Source: an uncultured Chloroflexia bacterium (GTDB lineage: Bacteria > Chloroflexota > Chloroflexia > Thermomicrobiales > UBA6265). From it: DNA of 64,000 nt. The stretch covers positions 64,001-128,000 of the forward strand of contig CAVRUC010000013.1 in NCBI GenBank assembly GCA_963724295.1, given 5' to 3'. Position numbers and translations under genes: made by a program. The notes beneath the pieces were generated by a model. It was not told where the DNA came from and ran no database searches. It saw only the letters and a list, made by a program, of their open reading frames with translations. Each line of letters starts with the position of its first letter. Position 1 is the first letter of the stretch. Positions 40,110 to 49,900 of the stretch are shown one piece after another.

Positions 40110-42761
40110 CATCCCTCGTTTGGGCGCGTCCAGACGCGCTGTGGCTGCTAGCTCTCGTCCCGCTCTTCGCGCTAACGGGTATCTGGCTGGGAACCCGCCG
40201 TGGCCGGCTATCGCGGGTGGCGCTGCTGTGGCGGCTCGCGGTCGTTGCCCTGCTCGCGCTCGGATTAGCCGAGCCAATGATTGCCTCAGGATCGGCGACG
40301 GGCGGCGTGGTCTTCGTCGTCGACCACTCCGACAGCATCGGCGCCGAGGCGCGCGATGCGGCGGATCGCTGGCTGAGGGATGCACTGGCCGCCGCGCCTC
40401 TCGAGCGTCGGGCCGCTATCGTGAATTTCGGCGCTAAACCGGTCTTGGCCACGGCGCCGGGATCCGCTCGCGATCTCCTCGGCGACGATGCGGCAGCCGC
40501 GGTCTCCGCCGGTGGCGCGGAGATCGATCCCACGTTCAGCAACGTCGACGCGGGACTCGGCTTGGCCCGAGCCTTGCCGCTCGGTGGCGGTCGCCGCATC
40601 GTGCTCGTCTCCGACGGCGCCGAAAATGTCGGCCAGGCCATCGACCAGGCCGCGCAGGCCTCGCTCGAGGGCATGCCGATCGATGTCCTGGCTCTTCCCG
40701 GGGTCAGCGACTCGGACCTGCGGGTCGATGGCATCTCGGCGCCAACATCCGCCTGGGAGGGAGAGCCGATCACGGTGCTGGCCGGGGTCGAAACTGGTCG
40801 CGACGGCCCAGCCACAGTCGAGCTCCTCGTCGACGGCCAGGTCAAGACGACCGAGGAAGTCGATCTTACGGAGGGCCTCAGCTCCCGGGCCTTCACGCTC
40901 GATGATCTGGCCCCCGGATTCCACTCACTCGAGGTGCGCGTTCAGGGCGACTCGGAAGTGGATCGCCGCCAGGACGATGACCGCGTACCACACGGCATCG
41001 TCGTGCGTGACCGGCCGCACATCCTTCTCATCGTGCCCGAGGGCGCTGACCCCGGCATCATGCGCGGCATCCTGGAGCGAGGCGGGTCGGACGTGACCGT
41101 GACGGAACCGACAGGCATCCCCTCCCGACTCTCGGAGCTCGGCGCCTGGGATGGGTTCGTGCTCGACAACGTCCCGGCGGCCGTCCCTGACGTTCGATCA
41201 GGTGGCCGGGCTGCGCGAGGCGACACGCTCGCTTGGCCGCGGTCTGGTCGTCATCGGCGGCACTGCCGCCTACGGACCCGGCGGCTACGCCGGTACCCCG
41301 CTCGAAGACGCCCTTCCCGTCACGGTGAAGGTCACCGACGGCCGGGAGCGGCAACGGGTCGCGCTGTTGCTGATCATGGACAAATCGGGGTCGATGGGCT
41401 ACGACCCGCTGGGCGGCAAGGGCAAGATCGAGATGGCCAAAGAGGCGGTCCGCCTGGCCGCGCGCTCGCTGGCCGAAGGCGATCAGGTCGGCTTGATCGT
41501 CTTCAACGACCGTCAAGAGTGGATCGTCCCGCTAACTACCATCGGCGATGAGTCGACGCGCGCCGCCATCGACCGCAAGATCGCGGCGATCGAGCCGGAC
41601 GGCGGTACCGAGATTCTGCCCGCGCTGTCGGTCGGGCTCGATGCCATCCGCAACGCCGAAGCTGATGCCCGGCACATCGTGCTCCTCTCCGACGGCAAGG
41701 CACGCACCGGCACCCGCGAGAGCTATCAGCGGTTGCTGGACGACGCCCTCGCCGACCGCACCACGCTCTCCACGATCGCCATCGGCGAGGATGCCGACAC
41801 GGATCTCCTCAACTTTCTGGCCGACGAAGGCGGCGGGCGCTATCACTTCACGGTCCGCGATGAGGAAATTCCACGGTTGACGCTGGAAGAGGCCCGCAGC
41901 GCCGGCAGCCAGTCGGTCATTCGGGGCGCCTTCCGACCCATTCAGACGGCTCCCAGCCCGATTCTGGATCGTATCGATCCGGCGAGCCTACCCGACCTGG
42001 CAGGCTATGACTTTGCCGAGGCGAAGCCGGACGCACAGGTGATCCTCACTTCCGACCGCGAGGATCCCGTGCTTGCCAAATGGCAATTTGGACTCGGGCG
42101 CGTCATTGCCTGGACGGCGGACAACGGGTCAGATCTGGCCGCGCCCTGGGCTATGTGGGAGGGGTACGACGATTTCTGGGCCGCCGCCGTGCGCTGGGCG
42201 CTCCCCGACCCGGAGCGGCGTCCTTTGACCGTCTCCACAACCCGCGATGGCGCTGACATGGTCCTGACCGTCACCGCGGCGGGCGAGAGTGGGGATTTTG
42301 CCGACTTCCTGCCCACCTTTGCCACCGTTACCTCATCCTCGGGCGAACCAGTCGTGACCCAGGAGCTGACGCAGACGGCGCCTGGCGAATACACGCTGCG
42401 TCTGCCAGCTCCGGCTCCCGGGGCCTACGCCGTTCAGGTTCGGCAGGAGCGGGCGAGCGGCCCGCTGGAGGAGTTGGCGGGCATCACCGTGCCTCCGTCA
42501 CCCGAAACCCTCCCCGCCCCGGAGGGTTCTTCCCTCCTCGCCTCACTCGCCACTCGCACCAATGGTCGGGTTCTCTCTCTGGACGATCCGGCCGCGGTCT
42601 GGGATGCCGCCACCTCTGGTGGCAGTCCACTGCGCGAGCATCGCGCCGTCTGGTACGTCCCCATCGGCCTGGCACTCGCGCTCTTCGTGATCGACATCGC
42701 CACAAGGATGGGCATCTGGCCGATGGTGCGCCGGCTCGTAAGCGGTCCCACCCGCACCTGA
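40106..42761 (+). CDS. Double vWA/GATase1-like membrane protein; +1 frameshift near 41182
   Basis: MIDAS motifs VDHSDS and MDKSGSM, LVSDG.EN, GG..AYGPGGY..T.LE..LPV, LA.WQFGLGR; frames join at gcggccgtcc. Confidence 0.85.
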
Positions 42762-42836
42762 TCCCTCCCCTACTGGCCTGCCTGCTACGCTTCAACTTCG
42801 TCGATCCAGGAACGCCGTCGTACGCGGGGACGAGCC

Positions 42837-43802
42837 GTGATCCAGGTCGTCATGCATTCCAGCCCGAACGGGCCGGTGTCCGAGACTCGCCTCGAGGATC
42901 TGAGCGAGCTCGCCACCCACGGGCAGACCACGATCTGGGTCGACGTCGTCGATCCGACCCCCGACGAAATCGCCCGCATCGGCGAGGAGTTCCACTTTCA
43001 TCCGCTGGCCCTCGAGGACGTGGCGCGTGGCGGCCAGCGGCCAAAAGTCGACCAGTACGACGGCTACCAGTTCATCGTCTTCTACGGGCTGACCAGTCAG
43101 AACGAGGTCGTCGCAACACACGAGGTCGATATCTTCCTTGCCAACCACTGCATGGTGACGTTCCACAAGAGCGACCTGCCGGTCATGGCCGAGACCGCCG
43201 AGCGTTGGCGGATGAACGCCGCCGCGCTGGGCACGCATGACGTCGCGTTCCTGCTCCACTCCGTGCTCGATTCACTTGTCGATGGCTACTTTCCGGTTCT
43301 CGACGACATCGCGGAGCGCGCGGACGATCTCGAGGAGTCGATCATCCTGGCGGGGCAGCCGACGCTGCAAGCGGAGATTCTCCGCCTCCGCCGCGATCTC
43401 TTGATGATCCGTCGGGTGGCTGGCCCCGAGCGGGACGTCATGAATGTCTTGATCCGTCGCGATCCCCCACTCTTCAATCCGACGGAGGTTCTCTATTTCC
43501 AGGATGTCTACGACCATCTGCTGCGTGTCACCGATACCATCGATATCTCTCGTGACATGCTCTCGAGCGTGCTGGATGCTAATCTCTCGATGGTTTCGTA
43601 CACATTGAACACGGTGGTGAAGCGCCTCACCTCGTATTCGATCATTCTTATGTCAATATCGATCATCGCCGGCATCTACGGCATGAACTTCGTCTTCATG
43701 CCGGAGCTCGATTGGCGCTGGGGCTACCCCTTCGCGTTGGGGCTGATGGTGCTGATAGCCACCGTCGAGGTCGGCATCTTCCGTCGCATCGGCTGGCTAT
43801 AG
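42837..43802 (+). CDS. corA: Magnesium/cobalt transporter CorA
   Basis: FHPLALED, QRPK.D.Y, YFQDVYDH, GIYGMNF..MPEL.W..GY motifs. Confidence 0.95.
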   Translation: MIQVVMHSSPNGPVSETRLEDLSELATHGQTTIWVDVVDPTPDEIARIGEEFHFHPLALEDVARGGQRPKVDQYDGYQFIVFYGLTSQNEVVATHEVDIFLANHCMVTFHKSDLPVMAETAERWRMNAAALGTHDVAFLLHSVLDSLVDGYFPVLDDIAERADDLEESIILAGQPTLQAEILRLRRDLLMIRRVAGPERDVMNVLIRRDPPLFNPTEVLYFQDVYDHLLRVTDTIDISRDMLSSVLDANLSMVSYTLNTVVKRLTSYSIILMSISIIAGIYGMNFVFMPELDWRWGYPFALGLMVLIATVEVGIFRRIGWL

Positions 43803-43804
43803 CA

Positions 43805-43912
43805 AGGGTGGCGGGGTCACAGGGTGTCAGGAAGCGATTCCCCTGCCACCCTGCCACCACGAGCACAGCGAGTAACCACCCTAACACCGCGACCATAGGG
43901 AGCCATCACCCT
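43805..43912. repeat. Third copy of the 8-bp-repeat palindromic element, between convergent corA and mgtE
   Basis: agggtggc ggggtcac agggtgtc ... gccaccct gccaccac ... accaccct aacaccgc ... atcaccct. Confidence 0.75.
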
Positions 43913-43914
43913 CG

Positions 43915-45261
43915 TCACAACTGAAGCAAAAGCAAACCAGCGATCGTCATGTAGATCAGCAGGCCGGTGGCATCGACGAACGTCGAGATCAACGGCGCGG
44001 AGACGACCGCGGGATCGATACCGAGTTGCTCCAGCACCAATGGCAGCACCGCGGCAACCGTTGCCGACCAGAGCGCCACGCAGGCGATCGTCGCGCCGAC
44101 GACGAGGCCGATCTGGAAGCCCTCCGGAAACCCGACGCGCAGGTAGCCGACCAGCCCCATGATCAGCCCGACGGAGAGACCGACCGCCATCTCCTTGGCC
44201 AGCACCCAACCCACGTCGGCGAGGCGAACCTCGCCGACTCCGATCGCGCGCACCAATGTGGTCACCGTCTGGCTGCCGACGTTCCCGCCGATACCAATGA
44301 TCAGCGGGATGTAGGGAATCAGAGCCGGGACGCCTTGCAGCCGCTCCGAGTAGTGCTCCAGCACCTGGCTGGTCAGCAGTCCGGCCACGAAGAGGATCAG
44401 CAGCCAGCCGATGCGCCGCCGCACCAGCAATCCCGCGGTAGCGAACCGGTACGGCACGTCGAGCGGTTGCGAACCGCCGATGCGCTCGAAGTCCTCGGTC
44501 GTCTCCTCCTCCAGGACATCGGCGACGTCGTCCTGGGTGATGATGCCGAGGAGATGATCTTGATCGTCGACGACCGGCAGCGCCAGGAGGTTCTTGTCGA
44601 CGAGCAGGTTGGCCGCCGTCTCCTGGTCGGCATCCGCCCGCACGCGGATCGGGTCGGCGACCATAACGGCGCTGACCGGGGTTTGTGGTCGCGTCAGCAC
44701 CAGATTGTGCAGGGAGAGGACGCCAAGCAACCGTTCTTCGGCATCGATTACATAGACATAATATATGGTTTCGGCTTCCTCGGCGACACGGCGCAGGAGC
44801 ACGATAGCGTCGTCGGCACGCACGTCCGGGGAGATGGCGACGAATGCCGGTGTCATCCGGCCGCCGGCGGTATCCGGCGGATAAGCGGAGAGCTGCCGAA
44901 TTTCGGCGGCTTCGTCCGGCTCCATCGCCTCCAGAATCTGCTCGCGATCTTCGGAGGGCAGTTCGGCGATGATGTCGGTGGCGTCGTCCGGGTCGATCGC
45001 CTCGAGGAGGTCGGCGGCTTCCTCGCGGGAGCGCAGGCGGAGGATGGCCGCGGCGTTTGCCGGGTCCAGCTCCTCCAGAATCTCCGGAATCTCTTCGTCC
45101 GGGATCGACTCGAGGAGGACGGTGACCTCGTCTTCGTCGAGCCGCACGACGATGTCGGCCCAGTCAGATGGGCCAAGGCGATCAGCCAGACCCCGGATAC
45201 CGAGCTCTTCGCGCTCGGCGATCAGGTCACGGATTTCGTTGAGCAGCTCGTCCGTGGCCAT
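43915..45261 (-). CDS. mgtE: Magnesium transporter MgtE
   Basis: Acidic N-domain, CBS pair (TAGGRMT, LPVVD), GGNVGSQ and DPA..SAPLIST..D motifs. Confidence 0.95.
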   Translation of the reverse strand: MATDELLNEIRDLIAEREELGIRGLADRLGPSDWADIVVRLDEDEVTVLLESIPDEEIPEILEELDPANAAAILRLRSREEAADLLEAIDPDDATDIIAELPSEDREQILEAMEPDEAAEIRQLSAYPPDTAGGRMTPAFVAISPDVRADDAIVLLRRVAEEAETIYYVYVIDAEERLLGVLSLHNLVLTRPQTPVSAVMVADPIRVRADADQETAANLLVDKNLLALPVVDDQDHLLGIITQDDVADVLEEETTEDFERIGGSQPLDVPYRFATAGLLVRRRIGWLLILFVAGLLTSQVLEHYSERLQGVPALIPYIPLIIGIGGNVGSQTVTTLVRAIGVGEVRLADVGWVLAKEMAVGLSVGLIMGLVGYLRVGFPEGFQIGLVVGATIACVALWSATVAAVLPLVLEQLGIDPAVVSAPLISTFVDATGLLIYMTIAGLLLLQL

Positions 45262-45398
45262 GGTCGTGCCAAGCCTCGTGAAGACCGTTTACGGTTTGTC
45301 CGTAGTCAAAGGGCGACGTCGCGCGGGCAGTTCAACGATCTCATGGGGTCACAATGCCGGTTGACCGCGCCGGAGTGTAGGAGCGCTTTCAGGGGGAG

Positions 45399-46664
45399 TC
45401 AAGCAGGAGTTTGGAACGCCGAGTCACCCCATTGTTCGACGTTCGGTACCTCGAAGGTCTGCTCCACCCGGGTGGACGGTAAAACACCGGCCAGGACCGA
45501 ACTCAGCCAGCGCGCCGCTTCCGTCGTCCAGTCAGAGAGCTCCTCATAGAGTCCATGACGCCCGTCTGGATACCAGAGCAGGGTACCGCGCTCGCCGACG
45601 GCCACACAGAACCGGATCGCTTCCTCAGGCGGCACGATCAGGTCGCGACCCGCGCCGAACACGAGCACTGGACACCGCACGCGCCCGATCACCGCGGGCA
45701 ACGCGAACTCGTTGATCAGCCGCGTCAGCTGTTCCTCGCCGCCGGCGATAGCGGCCAGATGTCGCCGCAGCAGCGGTTGCGCCCGCGCGAACCAGGGTCG
45801 GGGATCAAAGGGGGGTGTCACGGCAACGACGGCTCCCACTCGCCGGTCATTGGCGGCGGCAAGGGCCGCAACGGCGCCACCCAGGCTAAATCCCACGAGA
45901 CCGATGCGGGTGGCATCGATCGCCGGTTCGCTGGACATAACACTGACGACTCCGTCCATGAAGTCATCGCAGTCCGGGGTCGGCGCTACGTGCAGTGAGC
46001 TTTCTCCACTCCCAGGCCAGTCCAGCGCCAGCACGGCCAGGCCTTGCTCGAGAAATGCGTCGCTCCATTGGAGCGTCTCTTCCTTGCTTGTCGACGTTCC
46101 ATTGAGCAAGACCGCCAGCGGCGCTGGGGTAGACACGTTTTCCGGCAAGGCCAGGTAGCCCGGTAGATGAGCGGTTCTCCAGGGCACTTCAACCCGACGC
46201 ACCGCCGGTCGTAGCACCGGCAACGATCGAGCGTAGAGCGATGATGCCGAGGCGCGTAGCGCCCGGATCTTGCGCGGGTCGTCAAACACCAGCATTCCAG
46301 CCAGGTGGTAGGCAAGCGCCGCATGCTGCTGGGAGAGTGCCGCCGCATGTTCCTGGCCAACTCGTTGCTGGATTCGCCCTTCGCCGAGAAACCGTTGCGC
46401 CGCCCAGGTCCAGGCCAGATCCCAGTCTCGCACCGACCGCACCCGGCGCAGCGCGTGTTCGGTCACGTCAGCGGGAAGGCCCATCATCGCGAGCCGGCCC
46501 CGGTCCACGCCGATCGGCAATGCCCTCGCCCCAAACAGGCGAATGAAGAGATCGACGCGACGCCCGTCGGCAAAGGGGGCTAGCCGCCAGGCAACGCCGG
46601 TTGTCCGGGGAATCTTCGGGTTCCTGGAGATCGACGTGCGGTTCGTTACGGTACCCGTGTCCAT
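45399..46664 (-). CDS. Alpha/beta hydrolase (FrsA/DUF1100-like)
   Basis: LPGYL.LP, NG..TSKEE, DWPGSGES, GFSLGG nucleophile, D..VP, GRHG motifs. Confidence 0.82.
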   Translation of the reverse strand: MDTGTVTNRTSISRNPKIPRTTGVAWRLAPFADGRRVDLFIRLFGARALPIGVDRGRLAMMGLPADVTEHALRRVRSVRDWDLAWTWAAQRFLGEGRIQQRVGQEHAAALSQQHAALAYHLAGMLVFDDPRKIRALRASASSLYARSLPVLRPAVRRVEVPWRTAHLPGYLALPENVSTPAPLAVLLNGTSTSKEETLQWSDAFLEQGLAVLALDWPGSGESSLHVAPTPDCDDFMDGVVSVMSSEPAIDATRIGLVGFSLGGAVAALAAANDRRVGAVVAVTPPFDPRPWFARAQPLLRRHLAAIAGGEEQLTRLINEFALPAVIGRVRCPVLVFGAGRDLIVPPEEAIRFCVAVGERGTLLWYPDGRHGLYEELSDWTTEAARWLSSVLAGVLPSTRVEQTFEVPNVEQWGDSAFQTPA

Positions 46665-47245
46665 ACACGTTCACGCGCTTTGGCGAGCGCTGCCTCGACG
46701 GCATCCGCATGCTCGTCGAATCGGCAGACGATCGTCAAGCGGTCGACTCGGGGGATGGCACGGCGCAGACTCCCCACCACCTCATCGACGACCGCCGCGA
46801 CCATGGCGTCGACATCCGCCTTCGCCGCCAGCGACTCCACCCCCAGGAGCGGCATGGCCACGGATCGCAGGCGGCTCTGCGTCGCCGCCGTCAATGCGGC
46901 GGGTACTGCCCGCCGCACGTCCTCGATACGTGCCCGCTCGCCAAGCGCGGGATGAATGACCGCGTGCACGACGGCACGAATGCCCCGTTCTTCCAGACCG
47001 GAGGCTCCGGTCATGACCGCCGTTCCCAGCTCGAGCGGAGCCAGGCTCATTGCCTCCCGCTCGATTTCGGATCCGCCCAGAGAGCGCAGCCCGCTCAGAC
47101 CGGGCGTCGCGAGCGGACCGAGAACCCCGCGCCGGTTGGCCGCGACCACGATCACCTCAGCCTCCTGGCCGAGCAAATCGCCAACCGCGACCGAGACGAG
47201 AGTACGTCCAAACCGGAACGCCGGCCTGTCGTCGACTTCGTTCAC
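46646..47245 (-). CDS. Macro (Appr-1-p/ADP-ribose-binding) domain protein, divergent
   Basis: GDL....EVIVVAAN, G.AV.T.A, VVHAV, SVAMPLLG motifs; the canonical NAAN...GGG motif is altered. Confidence 0.75.
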   Translation of the reverse strand: MNEVDDRPAFRFGRTLVSVAVGDLLGQEAEVIVVAANRRGVLGPLATPGLSGLRSLGGSEIEREAMSLAPLELGTAVMTGASGLEERGIRAVVHAVIHPALGERARIEDVRRAVPAALTAATQSRLRSVAMPLLGVESLAAKADVDAMVAAVVDEVVGSLRRAIPRVDRLTIVCRFDEHADAVEAALAKARERVWTRVP

Positions 47246-47356
47246 CTACGTCCTGACCGGGGCAGGGGCGCGCTCAGGGTACCGCAGGCTGGCGCAGACC
47301 GCCACCCTGAAGGCCGCCGCCACCGAGGGCTCCAGCGGCGCTGATACTCGAATTGT

Positions 47357-49087
47357 CTAGGAAATCTCGTGTGCCTCGCCCGACTCGGTCGGAACGACGA
47401 TCTCACCGACCGGCTGCGTGGGCCCGTCAGTCGGAGGTTCGACCCTGTACGTGGCGTCGTTATACGTGTCGTCGACCACGGCCTCGATCGCGCCGCGCAT
47501 CGAGTCACTCCCCGGGACGTATTCCGGCGTGTCGCTGCCGAATCCGGCGGGGATGACGATCGCCAGGGTCACCGGGTCGAGTTGCGCGCCCGTGGCGGGA
47601 TCGATCAGCAACCCTGTCATGGGATGGACGAGAAACCCAGTCCGCGGGTCAATGACGCGGCCATTGACGAGGTCGAGCAGATAGCCAGTGGCCGGGTCGA
47701 TCAAGAGCCCGGTGGCCGGGTCGATCTCCAATCCGGTAGCAGGATCGTATTGGGGCGCCGGCTCGGTTGCGGTGGCCGGCTCGGCTGCCGCCGTCTCCGT
47801 CGTAGCGTCAGCCGGCTCATCGGCCGTCTGAAGCAATGCCGCGGACTGCCCGAGATCAACCGGCGCCATCGACCAGCCCATTGCATCGTCGCCGTACGCC
47901 GCCTGCTGATTCTCCTCAGACTTCCCGTCCTTTGATCGGTCGCGCTTTTTCCCGGATTCGGTCTCATCCGCATCGGTGACGGTTACGTCTGCGGCGGCCG
48001 CGTCAGTTCCTTGCGGCACGTCCGGAGCGAGGGCAGCCACACCAGGATCATCAGACCAGCCTTCGGCGAGCTGTGGCGCGTCCGCTTGCGTTTCGGGTTC
48101 AGGAGTCGGCGTGCCGTCGCTAACGGGCGTGGGCGTGATCGGCAGGAAAGCCTGCGAAGGAGGCATCGGCAGCAGCGGCGCCGGCGGGAGATAGATATCG
48201 GTCGTGCCCGCACTCTCCAGCGCCGAGATCGCCTCGTCGGGGACGGCGTTCGTCGCGACAGGCTCTGCGGCGGGTTCTTCAGGACGTTCCTGGCGGCCTT
48301 CCTGGGTCGTGCCGCCGTCGTCAATCGCGGGTGCCGCGTCGGCCTCGCTGACACCTTCGTCGCCGGCCACTGGCTCGGCGGCCTGAGCGAGCTCGGCCGA
48401 GGCGCCGGTATCGACCGGTGCTTCCGCCATGGCCAACGTCGGGTCTTCCCCCACCGGCTCGATAATCGGTTCCTCGACGATCGCGGGCGCGATCACGGGC
48501 TCTGCCGTCGGCTCGGCGGCCGCGGCGATAGCGACTCGCGTCGCCGTCGGGCGTGGCGTCGGTGTTTTGGCGACCTCTTTTGTGGGCGCTGGGTCGACGA
48601 CCGTGCGCAATGCAGCGCGGGTGGCGGTCGGCTCTGGTTCGGCGGTCGGAATCTCGGTCGGTGCTTCGGTGGGCAACGGCGCGATGGCGACTGCGGCGAT
48701 CGTGCTTTCCGGCTCAATCGCTTGATTGCTGCTGCGGCCGGGAGCATTCAGCGTGATGATGAGGGCGCCGGCCAGCGCCACCACCAGCGCCAGGCCGGAG
48801 GCGACGGCCATTCCAGGAGAAGAGAGCGTCTGCAGACTTCGCCGCAACCAGCCCCAGCCAGGCGTATCTGCCCGGACCGCAGCCATGACGGTGCGCGAAA
48901 CGGCCGGGCTCGGCGCCAGCCGCGGCAGCACCTGCAGACCCCGCGCCAGATCGTTAGCCTGGCTGACGAAATCGCGGCAGGAATCGCACGTCGCCAGGTG
49001 CCGCTGCAGCTCGTGGTGCTCCGGTGACGCCAGCGGCGCGTCCATGCGAGCGGAAATGAGCTCCTGGGCACGATCGTGGGAGATCAT
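47357..49087 (-). CDS. Zinc-binding anti-sigma factor (zf-HC2) with TM, acidic Pro/Ala-rich stalk and C-terminal octapeptide repeats
   Basis: H..A..LISARMD, HLATCDSC, TM, then (D/H)PxTGxxI-type repeats x8; start overlaps the sigma stop (ATGA). Confidence 0.85.
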   Translation of the reverse strand: MISHDRAQELISARMDAPLASPEHHELQRHLATCDSCRDFVSQANDLARGLQVLPRLAPSPAVSRTVMAAVRADTPGWGWLRRSLQTLSSPGMAVASGLALVVALAGALIITLNAPGRSSNQAIEPESTIAAVAIAPLPTEAPTEIPTAEPEPTATRAALRTVVDPAPTKEVAKTPTPRPTATRVAIAAAAEPTAEPVIAPAIVEEPIIEPVGEDPTLAMAEAPVDTGASAELAQAAEPVAGDEGVSEADAAPAIDDGGTTQEGRQERPEEPAAEPVATNAVPDEAISALESAGTTDIYLPPAPLLPMPPSQAFLPITPTPVSDGTPTPEPETQADAPQLAEGWSDDPGVAALAPDVPQGTDAAAADVTVTDADETESGKKRDRSKDGKSEENQQAAYGDDAMGWSMAPVDLGQSAALLQTADEPADATTETAAAEPATATEPAPQYDPATGLEIDPATGLLIDPATGYLLDLVNGRVIDPRTGFLVHPMTGLLIDPATGAQLDPVTLAIVIPAGFGSDTPEYVPGSDSMRGAIEAVVDDTYNDATYRVEPPTDGPTQPVGEIVVPTESGEAHEIS

Positions 49088-49722
49088 CCTTTAGCCTCCC
49101 ACTCGCCGGGAGCGCCAAGCAGCTCGGCGGTGCCGTAGATCTGGGCAAACGCCTTGCGGGCCCGGAAGAGCCGCAGCTTGGCGGCATTCTCGGTAATGCC
49201 GAGGGCGTCGGCGGTCTCGGCCAGCGACAGCCCCTGATAATGGCGCAGCAACAGCGCCGCGGCGTAATGCTGGGGCAATCGGGACAGCGTCTGCTCGATA
49301 TCCTGGCGCCGGCTCACCGAGCGCTCGATCGATTGCTCGCTGGCATGGTCGTGGCCGGGTAGGAACGGGATCCACTGCACGATCTTGCGTCGCCGCAGCT
49401 GGCTGATGGCGGTGTTGGTGGCAATCCGGTAGAGCCACGGCTTGAAGGCCAGGTCCGGCCGGGTAGAGGGGAGCGCGTTGTAGGCCTTGATGAAGGTGTC
49501 CTGGGTCAGGTCTTCCGCCATCGCGCGGTCGCCGACCATGCGATGCAGATAGTTGAGGATCGGAGCATGGTAGTGCTCGAAGAGCCGAGCAAAGGCGACC
49601 TGATCGCCCTCGCGGGCACGCCCCACGAGATCCGAATCGTCCGCGGTCAACCCCTGACTCCCGCGGGCCTGCGGCTGGTCCGCTAGTGGCCTCGCAACGG
49701 TCCACGGTATCGAGAGTTCCAT
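49084..49722 (-). CDS. ECF (sigma-70 group 4) RNA polymerase sigma factor
   Basis: GD..AF..L, AEDLTQDTF, F..WLYRIA.N, GLS..E.A..LG, K.RLFRAR motifs; ATG 49722 follows gaaaggag. Confidence 0.92.
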   Translation of the reverse strand: MELSIPWTVARPLADQPQARGSQGLTADDSDLVGRAREGDQVAFARLFEHYHAPILNYLHRMVGDRAMAEDLTQDTFIKAYNALPSTRPDLAFKPWLYRIATNTAISQLRRRKIVQWIPFLPGHDHASEQSIERSVSRRQDIEQTLSRLPQHYAAALLLRHYQGLSLAETADALGITENAAKLRLFRARKAFAQIYGTAELLGAPGEWEAKG

Positions 49723-49754
49723 CCGGCGATCCGACGCTCCTTTCCGCACGTACC

Positions 49755-49780
49755 AACGCGCCGCGCGCGGCATCCGTTTC
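49755..49780 (-). promoter_or_regulatory. Putative autoregulatory ECF promoter (GAAAC-N17-CGTT)
   Basis: Minus strand reads cGAAAC ggatgccgcgcgcggcg CGTTggta, about 33 nt upstream of the sigma ATG; matches the AAC/CGT ECF consensus. Confidence 0.6.
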
Positions 49781-49881
49781 GCCGCGTGGGAGCTGGGGCG
49801 GAGCGGGGAGGCCGGGATCGGTCGGAGAATACCAGATCGACCATAGAGGGGTGCTCAACCGCAGGCCGCGTGTCCGAAGTT

Positions 49882-49899
49882 GGGTTCCACGTGGAACCC
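49882..49899. promoter_or_regulatory. parS-like palindrome (ParB loading site)
   Basis: Perfect palindrome gggttccacgtggaaccc containing GTTCCACGTGGAAC, a known parS core variant. Confidence 0.6.
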
Positions 49900-49900
49900 T

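Noticed and set aside
45262..45398. M-box riboswitch upstream of mgtE
   Set aside because: No recognisable conserved core, and the space is marginal; an Infernal search would settle it.
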